NCBI GenBank assembly: GCA_964200185.2
Contig: CAXNAD020000026.1
Location: 1-44,106 of the forward strand
Reading direction: 5' to 3'
Length of the DNA: 44,106 nt
Origin: Choristocarpus tenellus KU-1152
Lineage: Eukaryota > Protista > Phaeophyceae
This document shows, piece after piece, positions 12,201-25,862 of this stretch. Each line of letters opens with the position of its first letter. Positions within the stretch are counted from its first letter, which is position 1. The notes beneath the pieces were generated by a model. It was not told the origin of the DNA and ran no database searches. It saw only the letters and a list, made by a program, of their open reading frames with translations. Position numbers and translations under genes: made by a program.

Positions 12201-15200
12201 TAGAGCTCAAAATGGGATGAGGCAGGTTTTCAAGTTGAGGCAAAAGGCCTCTATGCCAGCAATAAAATAAATCATGCCCTAGTCTTCCAAAAGCATCTAC
12301 ACAAATCTCCTGTTGGCACACCTTACACTTAAATTATAGATGGCATCCATGCACCACAGTTTGCCAACCAGCAAAGCCCCAAAAGTGGAAAGGGGCTTGA
12401 GCTGCATGAATCCCTTAGAATGATCAGCTCAACTACACGAAGCCCACTCCCAATTTCTCAAGCCCAAACAACACTTGCATAGGACTGTCCAAATCACAGA
12501 TACATGCATCAAACATTGGTTTGTGTCATTTTGATGAGAAATTGGACACAATACACTATCGATTCACAATACTGACTTATCTGCTTAGAGTATAATAGTA
12601 AAATAAGGCCAAGGATTCTTGGATGCCTCAAGCAAAGATTTGTCCATTTTTTCCCCAAAAAACTTTCATGATCTGCCACAGCACACACATAACATAATGT
12701 ACTTGGATTGTGCAAACACTCTAATAGTTGCAGCATCCATGTGACTGAAGAGATTTCTGTGCATGCAAAACAAGAATGTTTGGGCAAATTTGAACCTCTA
12801 TAATTGAAATTGAGTGCCACAAGTCCCAAATTAACCTCATAAGTTTCAGGAAATGAGACTGGTATGGACAGGGGATTCTCCCTCAGTATATCACACATAT
12901 ACACCTCTCTAGCAAAAGAGAGGTTCCCATCTATTTTGGAGCATAATATGGGTTACTTTCTCACCACCTCTCCCAGATGACAGTGTGTTAGCCTCTGTTT
13001 CCTGGACAAACGTAATCAGCCTCCCATACTTCTCGTTCAACTCCTCCTCCACAAAAATCTCCCTCTGCCGACCTAGAAGTTCCTCAAACTTTGTGGTTTC
13101 ATCTGATATTATTCTTCGTTCTTGGAAAAGATAGTGCACCTTTTCAGATCAGGCAGAAGTAGCATGAACAATAAACAGTGCATAACCTAGGAGAGTGAAC
13201 CATTGAGTAGGTATTTCCATTGCTCAATATGTCAAGTCTTACCACCTGCGAGTACAAGCTGGGTAAACCAAGCACAGTCATTTTCAGCATCAAGTGGCAC
13301 ACCATCGCACCTGGTTAAAGTTGTTGATAAGGAAGACCACTCGCTGGATTTTGGTGGGAAGTTGCTCCGCCAATCGGTGCACAAGTTGTACAACCTGCCA
13401 GGTGGTAAAGCATTGATTGGTGTTGTCTGATTCTCTACTAAGTACTGACATCTACAAGTGAAGTTCATAGGAGAGGTGAAAAATGAAGCGTCCTTAGAGG
13501 ACATCCTAACATACTGCCATAACAAAACACTAATGTGCAAGTTTTGCATAATAAGATTGACCTTTCAAGAGGGTCCCACTGTACTATATACGTGGAAAGC
13601 ACAAATAGTTTATCACAAAACACCATATCAGGAAACACCAGACTACACTTCACAATATAGGGTTGTGAATCAAAAGGATTGCTACAGTAATTTTTTAAAT
13701 GAATTTCCACATCCTAATTGACATGGAGGCATGTGCCCAACGCACAAGGTGGTAAGACCCACCAACTGGTGAGGGACGGCAATGGAGGCACATATTTTTT
13801 TCTCTTATTTCCTCCCATTGCTTTTATTACCCCACTACCCGACACACCACTTTCACATTTTATGTGGAGTTTGGTCCTGGAGTCCGCACACATCTTCCCT
13901 TCTTCTTGTGAATGAGCAGTGAGCACAACCTTAGACTCTGATTCTCTCATCTCGTTTTCATCTCCTTTGATTCGCCATCATCCTCATGTGGAAGGACATA
14001 CATAGCAGGTGGGTCCACACCAGTCATGATTGAACCTCATGTTAATACCCCCTAAGCTAAGTCTCATCACTAAGTCTTCAGATGGTGCAACCACATTCAT
14101 GGCAATAGGAACATTGTCGAGTGGATGCTTGTGTCCAAAATAAAAAAAATGACTAGACTTTTCTTTTTCACGTGATGGAAGTTCACTTTTCACAATAATA
14201 CAGTACTGTAGAATTGCATCATACAAACTGCACATCATATCAATACTTCACATGCAACACTTCACATAAATTGAGTACTTGATAATCACAAGGATATGTA
14301 AGTGTGTCACAAACTGGCTCAAAAAGATGGAATATAGTGCTATAGATTGAAACAAAGTATGCACAGCACTGAGTGTCACGAGTGGCCTTGAAGCACATAG
14401 GGTTACAAGTTTAAAGTGATTCATACAGAATGCATATAGTGAGAAAGTATCAAGCACTTCAAAGGTATCAATTATGATGTCAGTTACCCCTCCAAGGAAA
14501 TCAACTCAATAGAATTGTCACAATTCACAAGCCTATACATAATGCGTATCAATGTGTACACTTGGAAAACACAGCGCATAGCAATAGTGTTGCCCTAAAA
14601 TAACCAGTCAAATTTGACGTATGATGTATCTGTTGTCAAATTGCCATTGGGGCCATTGCCTCCAAACATCTATTGCCAGGACAACGGTTGGTGCCTCTAC
14701 ACTCCATGTCATCCCTGTCTCTCTGTAAGTCCTTGCCGTGTCCCCACTACCTTACTCTCTAGTCTCACCCCATCAGGAGAGTTTTCTGTGATGTTGGTCA
14801 TTAAGAATTTAATGACAAGAAATGAATACCTTATTCCTATATTTGTTACAGTCCCTCTTTGCCGTTAAGGCATGACCATGGATACTATACCTAAAGATGT
14901 ATCATGGCACTTTTTTGCCATCAAAGGGGGATCTCTTCATGTTTCATGATGTTTTTGTCAAGGTCCTAAAAATGGACTAATTCAGAAAACTGGTCTATTT
15001 ACATAGAACATGTTGTGTTTCTAAACATATTTGTACACTTTTACACCGACAGCTCCCAAAATACCTCCATATTTTTTTCAAAATAACTAGGACTGTGAAC
15101 AAATGACAACTGTGGTATCAAAATAACAAATGAAGGATATACATCTAACTATATTCATATATGCAATAGATTCACAACACTAAAAATAACACCTCATTCA

Positions 15201-18200
15201 CATGCTAATTCTTGACTAAAACATGAAACTCAAACAAGCACCACAACAACTTCAGATCCAGGGACTTTAACAGAAAAATACTGTCAGAATACATTCATGA
15301 GGATGGCAACCAAATTTTGTAATCATAATTAAACACATAAGTAATAAGCTTTCCTGATAGTGAGAAGAGACCTAAGAGGAACCGAGGCAAGCACTACAAA
15401 AGAGTCAAATAACAAGGGGTGTGCTGGCACTGGACAAGGCCATGTATACCATAGCATGTCTTCCAGAATGTGCTTGGGTTTTGGGGTCCAGCATGCATTA
15501 TTGTCATGAAGACCTCAACTTCAGGTACGCAACAAATGGCTAGGCCATGAACTCTATGACCAATAGTACACATTGTGCTGTAAGCCTACATGTTGCACCC
15601 TGACACTTGGGAGCAATCACAAATTTTGTATATTGGCCTCTGTCCAATACAATACTTCATTTGTCAAAATGATCACAGTAATTCTGGGTACATCTGTTGT
15701 CCAGAACAATGCTGGCTCATGGTGTCTGTTATCCAGATGAATCCTCGGAGTCATTTGCTCCATTGTATTTGTTGATGAAACACTATTCAAGTTCGTTTGG
15801 CACATAACATTCGTCGTAAGGGCCATCAAATCAATGCTCATACCTTCAGCTCTATAATGTTTTTGTCCAATGCTTGGTAATGTATAATGCCAGAAAGTTG
15901 AAATTGTGCTATGAAATTGTTACATTATTTGAGGTGTGCAATAATCCATACAAAAAATAATCTCAGTGGCTCATACAAAACTGCTCTCAAGTACCTGGAG
16001 GAACTTGGTATAACATTTGACATTCATGCATCTTAATGGAAACGTGAACATACAGCACACTAAAATAACACAATACTGACCTCAACCCTCAGCTTGGCAA
16101 GATCATTGAGCAGCATCTCCTCACCAGCTATGCCCATCCCGATATTGTCCAATCCACTATGTAAGGCCAGAAGGGAAGCTGTGAACTCAGCATACCTCCG
16201 CATCACGTAGTGTGGGTGGACATCAATTGTCCCAAGGCGACGTGGATTGGCATTTTTCACACTGCCATGTGGAGCAGAGAAGCAATGAGTTATTTTGCCA
16301 GTATATTTATTCATGTACTCTGGAGTGTATAGAATTAGTAGTAGTCATCAACTGACAACTGCAAGAAAGGGGACAATAAGATAGGTCAACTCAGGAATAG
16401 CGAAATACACAAGAGTAGGTCACTTCCCCTACTTAGCTTAGGTTGACCCACACTGCTGATACTAGATTTTCATTATAACTGCTTGGGCAGCAGCCTTCAA
16501 TCCACAGTTTATTAATCAAATTAGTTACAACTACATCTTGACCTTGCCACTCCACAAACAATGCAATAGCAACACAGTTCAGGCTGTAGGGTAGACAACA
16601 TACTCCCAACAAGTGTAACATACATAGTTTATGGGACACTAAGAAGTACACATTTTCAGTAACCGACAAATTAATGATCTACATCAAACACAAAAAGATT
16701 ATTCACTGCAGTCGACAGTGCCTTGTCAAGATGAATAGATTATTCAAGAGAACTAAACATGCCACATTAATCCAATAGCACCATCAGGTGATACAAGTTG
16801 GCAAGGGGAACCAACCATGCCACACCTCTTCAGATTGCTGTCAAACACAGACTGGAAGCGCGGCCAGAGAAGCATGTTTATTCTGTCAAAGAAGCTGTCC
16901 AACACTGGTATTCGGCGGCGTTGCATGACCATGCGGTGTGCGTGTGTAAGCTTGATCATTAGAAGCAGACCAATGCAGTCATAACATGTGAAAAGGTAGT
17001 TTTCCAAATTCTCCAGGCACAGCGACAATGTCTGTGCAAATATTTGGTTGAACGTGTCCTGCGATTGTCCCTGATAGAGTAACAGAGAGTATTTAGCATC
17101 ATGAGGAGAAGAGGATTAGTCACAGCTTGCATCTATTACTCAATATTATATTCAAAAACAATATACCTCACACAGCTTTAAAATGTTTGCCTGAATCTCT
17201 ATGGAATATTAGGTTCTGCTCGATTCCAATGCTTTGGTAAAAAAACCTATCAACAGGTAAAAAACCTATCAACAGGTAAAAAAACATGAAGTGTTAGTCT
17301 GGTTGTTACTATTATTGCTCTTATTCCCAAATTTAATACAAGAAAAGCAAAAAACAAAACACTTTTTTCGTGTCCACAAGATGTTTCTATTGCTAAGACA
17401 ATTTCTGCTAGGAGCCAATGTGAGACCATCATTGAGTAGTTTCTCTTCCTATACAAAATATTTTGACCATACTGATGATAACAAAACTATTCAGGACAGT
17501 GGGCAGGAACAGTAAACCTTGTGCAGATGTAGACTGAAAAAGGAAATAGGCCGTAAACACAGCAAACCACTTGCCACAAAGTAAAATACCTTGTCCAGTT
17601 AACACAGATTTTACCAAGGTGAACTCTCCGGCGACTAATCAGATTGATGCTCACCCTTTTTCACTCTCTTGCCACATGCACAACAATTCGGAGTATAGCG
17701 GACTATGATTGGCAAAAGTGTTACACTCTCCCTGGTTTTTCCCATTCCATTTGTCACAATACCACCATTATCATTACTCTGTCCTGAATCTTCCTACTTC
17801 CCAGGAACAAGTACAAGTGCCTTCATTCTAGTATCTTTATCTTCGTACGATGGACTGCACAATCGTATTTTTTAATCAGTTTGTTTTTGTTCATGGGAAG
17901 TGGGAAGTGGGAAGTGGGAAGTAGGAAGAACCAGGAACATGTCCTAGCAATGTTGGTGATATTGATGATGATGTTGGGATGGCCACCACATAAAAACAAG
18001 ATAAATATAGGACAGCAAAACATGGGTTCACCAATCACACTCCTGTAAACTGCAAATGTTGCACAATTGGCGAGAAAGTGGACAAGAACGGATGAACGAC
18101 AATCAGAGCAGTCACTGTAGGGTGCTGGGTGGAATGTGAACTGGACAAGGTATTTCACTCAGTGGCGAACAGTTTGCTGTGTTTACTCTATTATTTTGAC

Positions 18201-21200
18201 GAGCACTTGTTCCTATCTGCTGCCTAACTATTCAATAGTCAGGATTGAGCATTGCATTTCCACTTCTAGACAGAAAAAAAAAAGGAATTGAAGGAAATCA
18301 GCAATACAAACCTTGTGTTGTTAGGAACAAACCTTGGATGCACAAGATTGTGGTGTGAATAAAAGGGGACCACAACATCTATCCCACAGCATTCCATCTG
18401 TACCTTCCACACATTTCAGGCAGCTGTGCAAATGACCAAATTGAAAATCTTTGAGATAATGTCCACATTTGAGATTTGTGTAAGGGTGGGATGAGCGTGT
18501 TACAACAACACTTGCAAGTGTTTCACCTTGAAGAACTCGAGAGTGAAGAGATATTCACTGGTTGCACTGTCCATGAGGTGCTTGGTCACAGAGCGCATGA
18601 TAGCTTCATATGGGAAGCGTTGGTCTTCAGCCACAGCAACATGTATGAGTATAGGTTCGGCCCCAGCCATGTCAAGGATGTTGTTGCGCTCACCCAGGCT
18701 GAAGGCATCACCACGCTTGCTGAGATCCACCTTCGATGTGAACAAGCTTCGCACTGCAGCTTCCTGCTCAATCACAAGTATTGGGGTAAGAGCTGACCAT
18801 ATACAAAGAATTGGGAAGGTCTAAGGTAGTGGATAGAAACAAGCAGTGTGAACTCGCCATCATACTCTGATGCAACTGCAGCTACTCCTTTCTGTATCGT
18901 TGCCCCTTGGAAATATTATGTAATAAGTAATCAGCCAAAGATAACACTCCACAAAAACTTATCTCCTTTGTACTACAGGTAGAAACACAGCCCTTCACAT
19001 GTTCAGGGATAGACATCTTTTTACATGCACTCAGTGTTCTCGGCCTTCTGACGTGAAAGAAAAATGTAAATGATGCCTTACTTGCATTATGTAATTGAGC
19101 AGTAGGAAATAATTATCATTCACTTGTGTAGATCGGTAAGACAACCTCCTCAAATCAAGGAAGTTGCACTGAGTTTAAATGTGACACCTTGACTGTTGTC
19201 ATCTGTTGAAGTACACCACATCTTATCTCAAACAAAACACATTGAGACAAATCATCCCTGTATCACAAATCTGCACATCACAAAATACACAATGAAGTTA
19301 GCTGGTCAGGGACTCACCTCTACTGCAATGAGGTCGTGGCGGTTAGCCATTTCCAGCTCAAGCTTCACCAGGTGTGAGTGGTATGCCCTAAACAATGCAC
19401 AGATGGTTCGCCCCATACTCTCAATGTAAACAGCACGGATTTCATCTCCGGTGTCTGGTGCATTCTCACAGATGAACTGCATCAAGTATTTATACCTGTG
19501 GCGTCCAGAGAAAGGACAGTCAATGATATCCTGTTGTCAAGGCCATTCATTAGACATCACTGAATCATTTATCCTTTATACGGAGTATTATTTTTCTGTC
19601 TAATATCAAATAGGCTGTACACTACAATATTTAATACATTGCAGTGAAGGACTTCATATAGCAGCTATTTTTTTTTCATATACTTTAAGAGTAGGACCAA
19701 TTTCGCTACAAGAAAGGTGAAGTGTCAGCAATGTGCACATTGGAATAAAAATGTCTGAGATCAATGGTTTAATCAAATACTTATCACCTTCTAAAACATT
19801 ACCCTGCATACAAAGGTGAAACATCACTTTGAACAAAAAAAATCTTCAACATCAGGGAGAAGCCTGGAGATATGGAGTGACTCAGAAATTTGAACAGTAT
19901 CCCCCTCATCACACTGCCCGAGAAACAGTAAACCTGGCACAAACAGCACCCAGCAAGAAACCACCAACCCATATGAAAAGCTAACACCTGATCATTCGTT
20001 ATGACTATCTACTATCACAAACCATATGAAAAGCTAACACCTGATCATTCGTTATGACTATCTACTATCACAAAATCTTTGACAATCATGCAATAGTCAT
20101 AATCGAGAGCAAGGGTGATAGCACAACTCCTACTGTGAACGATTCTTAGACAGCTCCAGTTGATCATAGGGGTAAAAGTTTCCCTTTGTCCAAAATGCTC
20201 ACGATTGCACAGATGAATTTATTGCACAAACAATTTGTCAAAGGCTACATACCCTTCAAGCACAAAATAGTGCTCCGAGAATACATAAATATATATAGTC
20301 CATTGCTTCAGCGTAAGTGATCTTAGAAAAAAGATCTGGTAACATTTGGTAAGCTTTGCAATCTGAAGAAGAGTATTTTTTTGTTTGTGTGAACATGCTG
20401 AGATGCCGTAACCAACCGATCTAGTGGGATAGAGTACCTCTACATTTTGACAGATTGCTTGCCCAATAGCGGTAAGTTTAGGCAAAAGGTTTGACAAAAA
20501 TGGTGTCACTGAAGCTAGACAGTAGACACCTCATGCAGATCCCCAACAAAGACAATGAAACCATCAAACCATGCAAAGCTGCCATAATGTTGGAAGTTTC
20601 TCCAAGGATTATTCATCCACACAATTCTCAAGAGGTGCCACCAAATGGATCTAGTCATAGCACAGAGATGGAACAAAAAGTTACCTCCCCAACAGCTTCA
20701 AGGTGGGGATAGTGATGCCCTTCTTGACTCAGAAACTGGAAACTAGAAAGAAAAAGGCTAAGGTACTTGTACTCTAAAATGGTTCAGAAAGGTGGCAAGC
20801 CTCCATGAAAAGTGAAAGATCACATAAAAGAAGTAATGGCACTCCTCCCTCGTTATAAAAGCATAGTGTACCATGACAGAAATGGTCAGAGAAACAACAG
20901 GCAGAGAAATGTGCATGAAAACAACCAAGTTTTTGGGTTCAAGTTATTGAATGAATGTTCAATTTCAATAATCACTTGGAATATGAGGGATTAAGCGGGT
21001 AACTGCATCAAATTTCAACACGCAATGCTTCAATAGAATTTTATATGCTTTTTTTGAAGGACACACAAGCAGCAGAAAGTATTTTTTGAAGGTGTTCATT
21101 TTGCTGTCACAGGACCAGCACGGATGCACTGATTTTGGAACAACGACAATGCTGATGGGCAAGCATGGTTAGTGCCCCCGAAATACAAGGGGGTCATATT

Positions 21201-24200
21201 GAGGCAACCAGAGGGAGAGGAGGGGAGGCATCACTATAGAATTCATGCATATACCTGAGAAGTGAGCTCTTCTGAATGATTTGTACATTTGTCTTTGGAC
21301 GGCGAAGCTCCCCAATCTTTTGCAGCAGGTACTCCCGTGCTTTGCCACAAGCCTGTAGAGTGTTGATGTATTGGACCATGGAAGTCAAACATAGTGTGAA
21401 CCACGTAATACTTACTAGCAATACAGATCAACCTTCAAATTGCACACACAGTAAAGAAGCATTAAATTACATCCAGAAAGCAGTTGTGGAATTTGGTTCA
21501 CATGAAAAGGCACAATGGCTGCCAACAGAGTCACATTTCATTACATGATCCACACAAAATTTCTATTCACAGTCCCCTAATATTCTATCAGGACATGGCG
21601 TACAGGGGAAAAATCAAATTCAAGCACTAATTGTAGCTTCAAGAAAATGTCACATACTTGCTTGTATGTGCTCTACATCCTACTCTAAAATGTACTTCAG
21701 CTATGCACGCATAGCAAATATTTGCACATATTCAAATTGATGAATAGCTGCTACAAAAAACAAATTCACCAACTTGAGCAGAACAAATATTGCACTTCTG
21801 TTGGGTAACAATAATTGTGACACAAGAGGAAACAATTTCTATAGAACAGGTTATATATATATATCCTTGCCATGCAGAGTTGCTTGTCATGACCCTCTGT
21901 GTCAGTTACTCCTTTCTCCCTTCTTGCATGTGACTCCATACGGTAGTATAAATATGCAGTGTATGTACGAAAACAATCTCATCTTCACAAGAATATATAT
22001 ATCTCAAGTATTTGAACACTTTTTGTTTGTTGAAAAGGGCGAATACTTGAATATTTTATCCACACTCAAGAGTTGACAGAATTATGATCAAACGAGGCAA
22101 CAGTATTGACATAACATGCTGGCTGCTCATTGTAGACTATTTGGTATGCATAACTGTCATCAAACTCATTTAATGTCTTGTTCTGAACTTGTATCCAAGA
22201 AGGTAGTTTTCATCATCGCCAGAACATGTTGTGTTACTTGGGAATGGCAAACCATCTTCATGCTACCTTTCATCATAACAAAAGTAAACATTAGCGAATT
22301 GGAAACACGTGGTGTTCCGAGTGCAATTGCAATGCAAGGCAACACTGATGAGCCAAGTGGAAAGACTGTTTCCATGGACCGTACTCATCCCTACCTTGAC
22401 TTTAAGCTTTTCCAGATGAGGTCGTAATTCTGTAGCTGCCATTGTATCAGCTGGGGGCATGTCCAGGCTCGATCTATCATCAGCAGGTTCTGTCTGACTG
22501 ATATACTTGACCTGAACAATACCAGAAGCAGGGGTATAGACGATGCCAAGAATTTTCGAAACCTTCTGGTTGTTTCACAGCCTTACATATACAGTGACTT
22601 CATTCCACGTACACTGTAACTGCAAATGTGTGCTTTTCTATACAGTCACCTGACTGCTGCTGTACAAGTTCAGTATCTTATGTAGCTACTGCGAACTGAC
22701 CCATTCCACAGCAATTCTCAACTCCTGAGTGCCACACCTGCAACACTAATCTTTGCAAGTACATCTATTACTTCAACCATGGTCAGTCAAACACCTGAAT
22801 ACGTTCAACAGAGCCCAACACCCTCTCTGTTCTACCTCAAAATGATACTTAACAAAGTATAAAACAACGGACAATACTTCATAGGAATAAAATCTATACA
22901 ACCACAGTATCTCAAACAATTGTAAAATTATGGTATTTTGCTCATCACAGTGGAGGCAGGCTAAGATATGTGAAACATGAGGAATGACTTTTCAGAACCA
23001 TAACAAGGACAAAAAATCTGGGAAAGTTAACATAGGTCTATTTGCTTGCAAGCATACATTCACAAATTTGAACGACAATAACAAGCCCCATTCTATACTG
23101 CATATGGATTCTCCCACACAATAAGCAGCTATCAACTAAGTCCCATACCTTGCTGTTGAGCTCAATCACATACTCCAAGTAGGCATCGTTGACCTCATCA
23201 ACACAGATCGAATGCGCAAGCTCAGGGGAAACAACCACATTGCTAAGGAATTTTCCCAGCTCCTCCTCTGCTGATCGTAAGTTCTTGAGCTTGATATTCA
23301 TGGTCAAGCTTTCATCCTTCAGGGGTAGGGGGTTTAGGATATTTGGGTGGCATAACACAATTAACTTGCCTATATATATATTACTAGTGATAAGGAGATA
23401 ATACAAAGAGCCTGCCAAAATCCATAAGTTGAAGGTGCACTGTTTATTCCTGACTAAAGTAGCCCATCTGTCTCAGACCATTATAGACTATCTAACAGTA
23501 CGTTCACTTTGACATGATCATTACCATTGGCTAAAATGTCAAGAACTTGAGGATGAAGTATTCCATTACCTTAAACGGTGAAAGAGGAAAACAGAGGAAT
23601 ATTCTTCACTATCACTTGCCTGCAAGTGCCTGATTTCATCACTTATTCCCCCAAGATCAGCCTGAAATCCCAGAAGCATCTCCTGCATACGAGCCAAGAT
23701 GTTATCACAACCTTGGATCTGTTCAGGGGAGTTTGGCAAGAAGTGATAGAACAGGATACAGCATCAACATTCGCCTCTATTCCATGGGACAACTCATCTA
23801 AGGGGACTACCTAAGAGGGTAGGTGCACTTCAAAACACTTTACCACCATGTACAATAAAATAAGGCGCTGACTCATCTTAGTACAAATAGTGTAGCACAT
23901 GGTGTCAATGTTCAAATGCTCGTTCCAAGCCCCAAAACAACAAGGTTTGCAGATATAGAGCACGTTTGTATTTCTCTATATCAAAAGTCAATACTATTAC
24001 CGAAAAAAACTGACATATACCTCTGCGATATACATGCCTACCCACCTGTTTGTGGAGTGCCATCACCTCGCTACTCTGTGACATGTACTCACGAACACTG
24101 TCTGTCTCCACCTGGAGGAAAGGAAAAGTAGCACATTCAAAGCGAATCGGGTCACTCTCTGCTTCTCTTTGGTCTCTCCAGGAACCTCCACTTGACGGCA

Positions 24201-24478
24201 CGCGAATCGCGCTAACGAAAACCACCAACTTTCATCGTCAGGGCACAGCAACATTTGTTCTTCACCCATCTCTAGTGCTTCCTCTAACAAGTTCTGGTGA
24301 AGTTCATGAATCGAACCTTTCTGAGGTCCTGGTCAATATCTCGTGCATACCCCCTTAAATCTACTCCTTGCAAGAGCGCCTGTCGGACAATATCATCTTG
24401 CTGGAACTGTTCAAGATCCTCATCTATTCCAGAGAAATTTATATCGTCAGAACCTTCAGCTCCTTCCGAAGGACTCAT
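9294..24478 (-). CDS. VPS52: Vacuolar protein sorting 52 (GARP/EARP complex subunit), 14 exons, 695 aa
   Basis: Exons (-): 24478-24317, 24111-24046, 23718-23620, 23316-23149, 22511-22395, 21352-21255, 19495-19318, 18763-18527, 17070-16826, 16261-16081, 13394-13311, 13139-12965, 11419-11283, 9434-9294; total 2088 nt with all phases consistent. Vps52/Sac2 motifs: GVDLRGYA, CDNILARMQEMLLGFQADLGGISDEI, DSATSEYLF, LLWPRF, HYVMRRYAEF, FLINNF, VLTQLLLY. Confidence 0.95.
17236..17285. repeat. About 19-bp tandem repeat, 2.5 copies (GGTAAAAAACCTATCAACA)
   Basis: Seen directly in VPS52 intron 8. Confidence 0.85.
17549..18190. mobile_element. MITE of about 640 bp with 48-bp TIRs in VPS52 intron 8
   Basis: 17553-17600 vs the reverse complement of 18139-18186: 41/48 identical (GTAAACACAGCAAAC...AAATACCTTGTCCAGTT). 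The left end GGCC hints at PIF/Harbinger; TSD not resolved. Contains a (GGGAAGT)n tract at about 17895-17927. Confidence 0.75.
19969..20074. repeat. Perfect 2 x 53-bp tandem duplication in VPS52 intron 6
   Basis: CCATATGAAAAGCTAACACCTGATCATTCGTTATGACTATCTACTATCACAAA occurs twice. Confidence 0.95.
23317..23619 (-). other. Non-canonical GC-AG intron (VPS52 intron 3)
   Basis: Donor CAG|GCAAGT and acceptor CTGAAG|GAT. The join gives ...EIRHLQ|DESLTMNIKLKN, the Vps52 coiled-coil sequence. Confidence 0.85.
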
Positions 24479-25862
24479 TTTCAGCACAAACCCGCCCAAC
24501 TCGTCCCTCGTGAGACAGAAGGCCAATAGGTTGCTGATTTGACCTCTCGGGGTACGATAACAGCATCTGCTGTCTATTCTCTATCCTCTTTCGTATTGTG
24601 TCCTCTCCCTCTTCTCTCCTCTGTGTGGTATAGATCGAACTTTGAACCGAGAAATGCCCCCTCGGCTAAATAGTGAGGAGGAAGGAATATACAACTATTC
24701 CTACACATCAAATCATACTATGATATAATACAATGTATCTTAGTGGCTTTATATACCTCAATCGTGTTTGTTCGACCTTGGCAAACATAGAGCGAAACAG
24801 AGAGAGGGAGAGAGGGAGAGAGGTAGAGAGGAGACACGGAAGCAGTATCTTGATATTGTCTTCCCTCAGAGAATTTACTACCTGAAGAGAAGTAGGTATA
24901 CGTTGGATTGCTTCAACTTTTTACCCAAAGGGTTCGAGCATAGTTTCGTGCGAATCTGTTGGACCTTTGCAAATCGCGGTCCTTAACATACAGAGTGTAT
25001 TCAATCACGGTCTCTTGAGCTTACCTTTTAATAGTTCGACTTTGCATCTCAAATTCTCATCTCTTGCTTTCGAAAACCTTGGGCTAGCCTTCTCTCATTA
25101 TGTGACCTACCACGAAGCTTTATCAAGTATCTGTGGTAGAAGTATTGAGGATCTGGGTAATGAAAAATCTTATTTGCTTGATGATACTACGCGCCCATGA
25201 ACCGCTCAGCCAATTTTGAATTTTGTTTCCAGTGTATAGGAAGTTTGGGGATACCTACTCGATGTAATGGCAGAGGTATCTCAAGTCGGTCACTTTTTTG
25301 ACAGCTGCGGACTTTGCAAGAAGTAGAGTGCAAATCAAGTAATCGTTAAATCGAGTAATCGTTAAATCGAGTAATCGTTAAATCGATCATTTCTAGGTAC
25401 TTGGACTACACACACTGTGTCGGATCAATGCCTTAGTTGGTATGAACCAAGAGACAGATACTGTTGTACCACTGGTTTACTTGGGGGTCTATTGCGACAA
25501 GTTGTCGTGCACAGTTCGAAATATCGAAGGTGTCATTTCCACTACAGTGTCATTCCCACTGTCCTTGATACGTTTTTCCTCTTGTCAACGTAGAGAGGTG
25601 TGCTCTCGTATCTCGTTCACTTACACACAACTCCCTTTTTTTGCACTATTCTGAAGTACGGCACTGTGCGAGAGTACAGCATGAGCCAGCTAAACTTCCA
25701 ACAATGTACATCTCCCCTCACAAGTTTTTGTCATCTGAAGAGAACAAAGAACCTAGTACGTACAAGATTAACTGTGGAACCAACGATAGAAAGTACTGCA
25801 GTCTAACAACACTGCTTGTCCTTTGTGAGCAGGTTGGTCACGTCTGACCTACAACCTGTGTG
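24479..25862. promoter_or_regulatory. Divergent VPS52/DDX1 intergenic region (putative bidirectional promoter)
   Basis: Head-to-head start codons 1.38 kb apart; opposed CT-rich (about 24570-24622) and GA-rich (about 24799-24835) tracts. Confidence 0.5.
25339..25386. repeat. 3 x 16-bp tandem repeat GTAATCGTTAAATCGA
   Basis: Three exact units about 480 bp upstream of the DDX1 ATG. Confidence 0.95.

Noticed and set aside
11702-12321. Nested gene or BED-finger transposase in VPS52 intron 12 (159-aa ORF; FKCKVCQQ fragment)
   Set aside because: No recognisable domain or splice model; at most an unclassifiable decayed TE.
25339-25386. CRISPR-like array (also considered for the 53-bp and 90-bp repeats)
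   Set aside because: Units are contiguous with no spacers; eukaryotic context and no cas genes.
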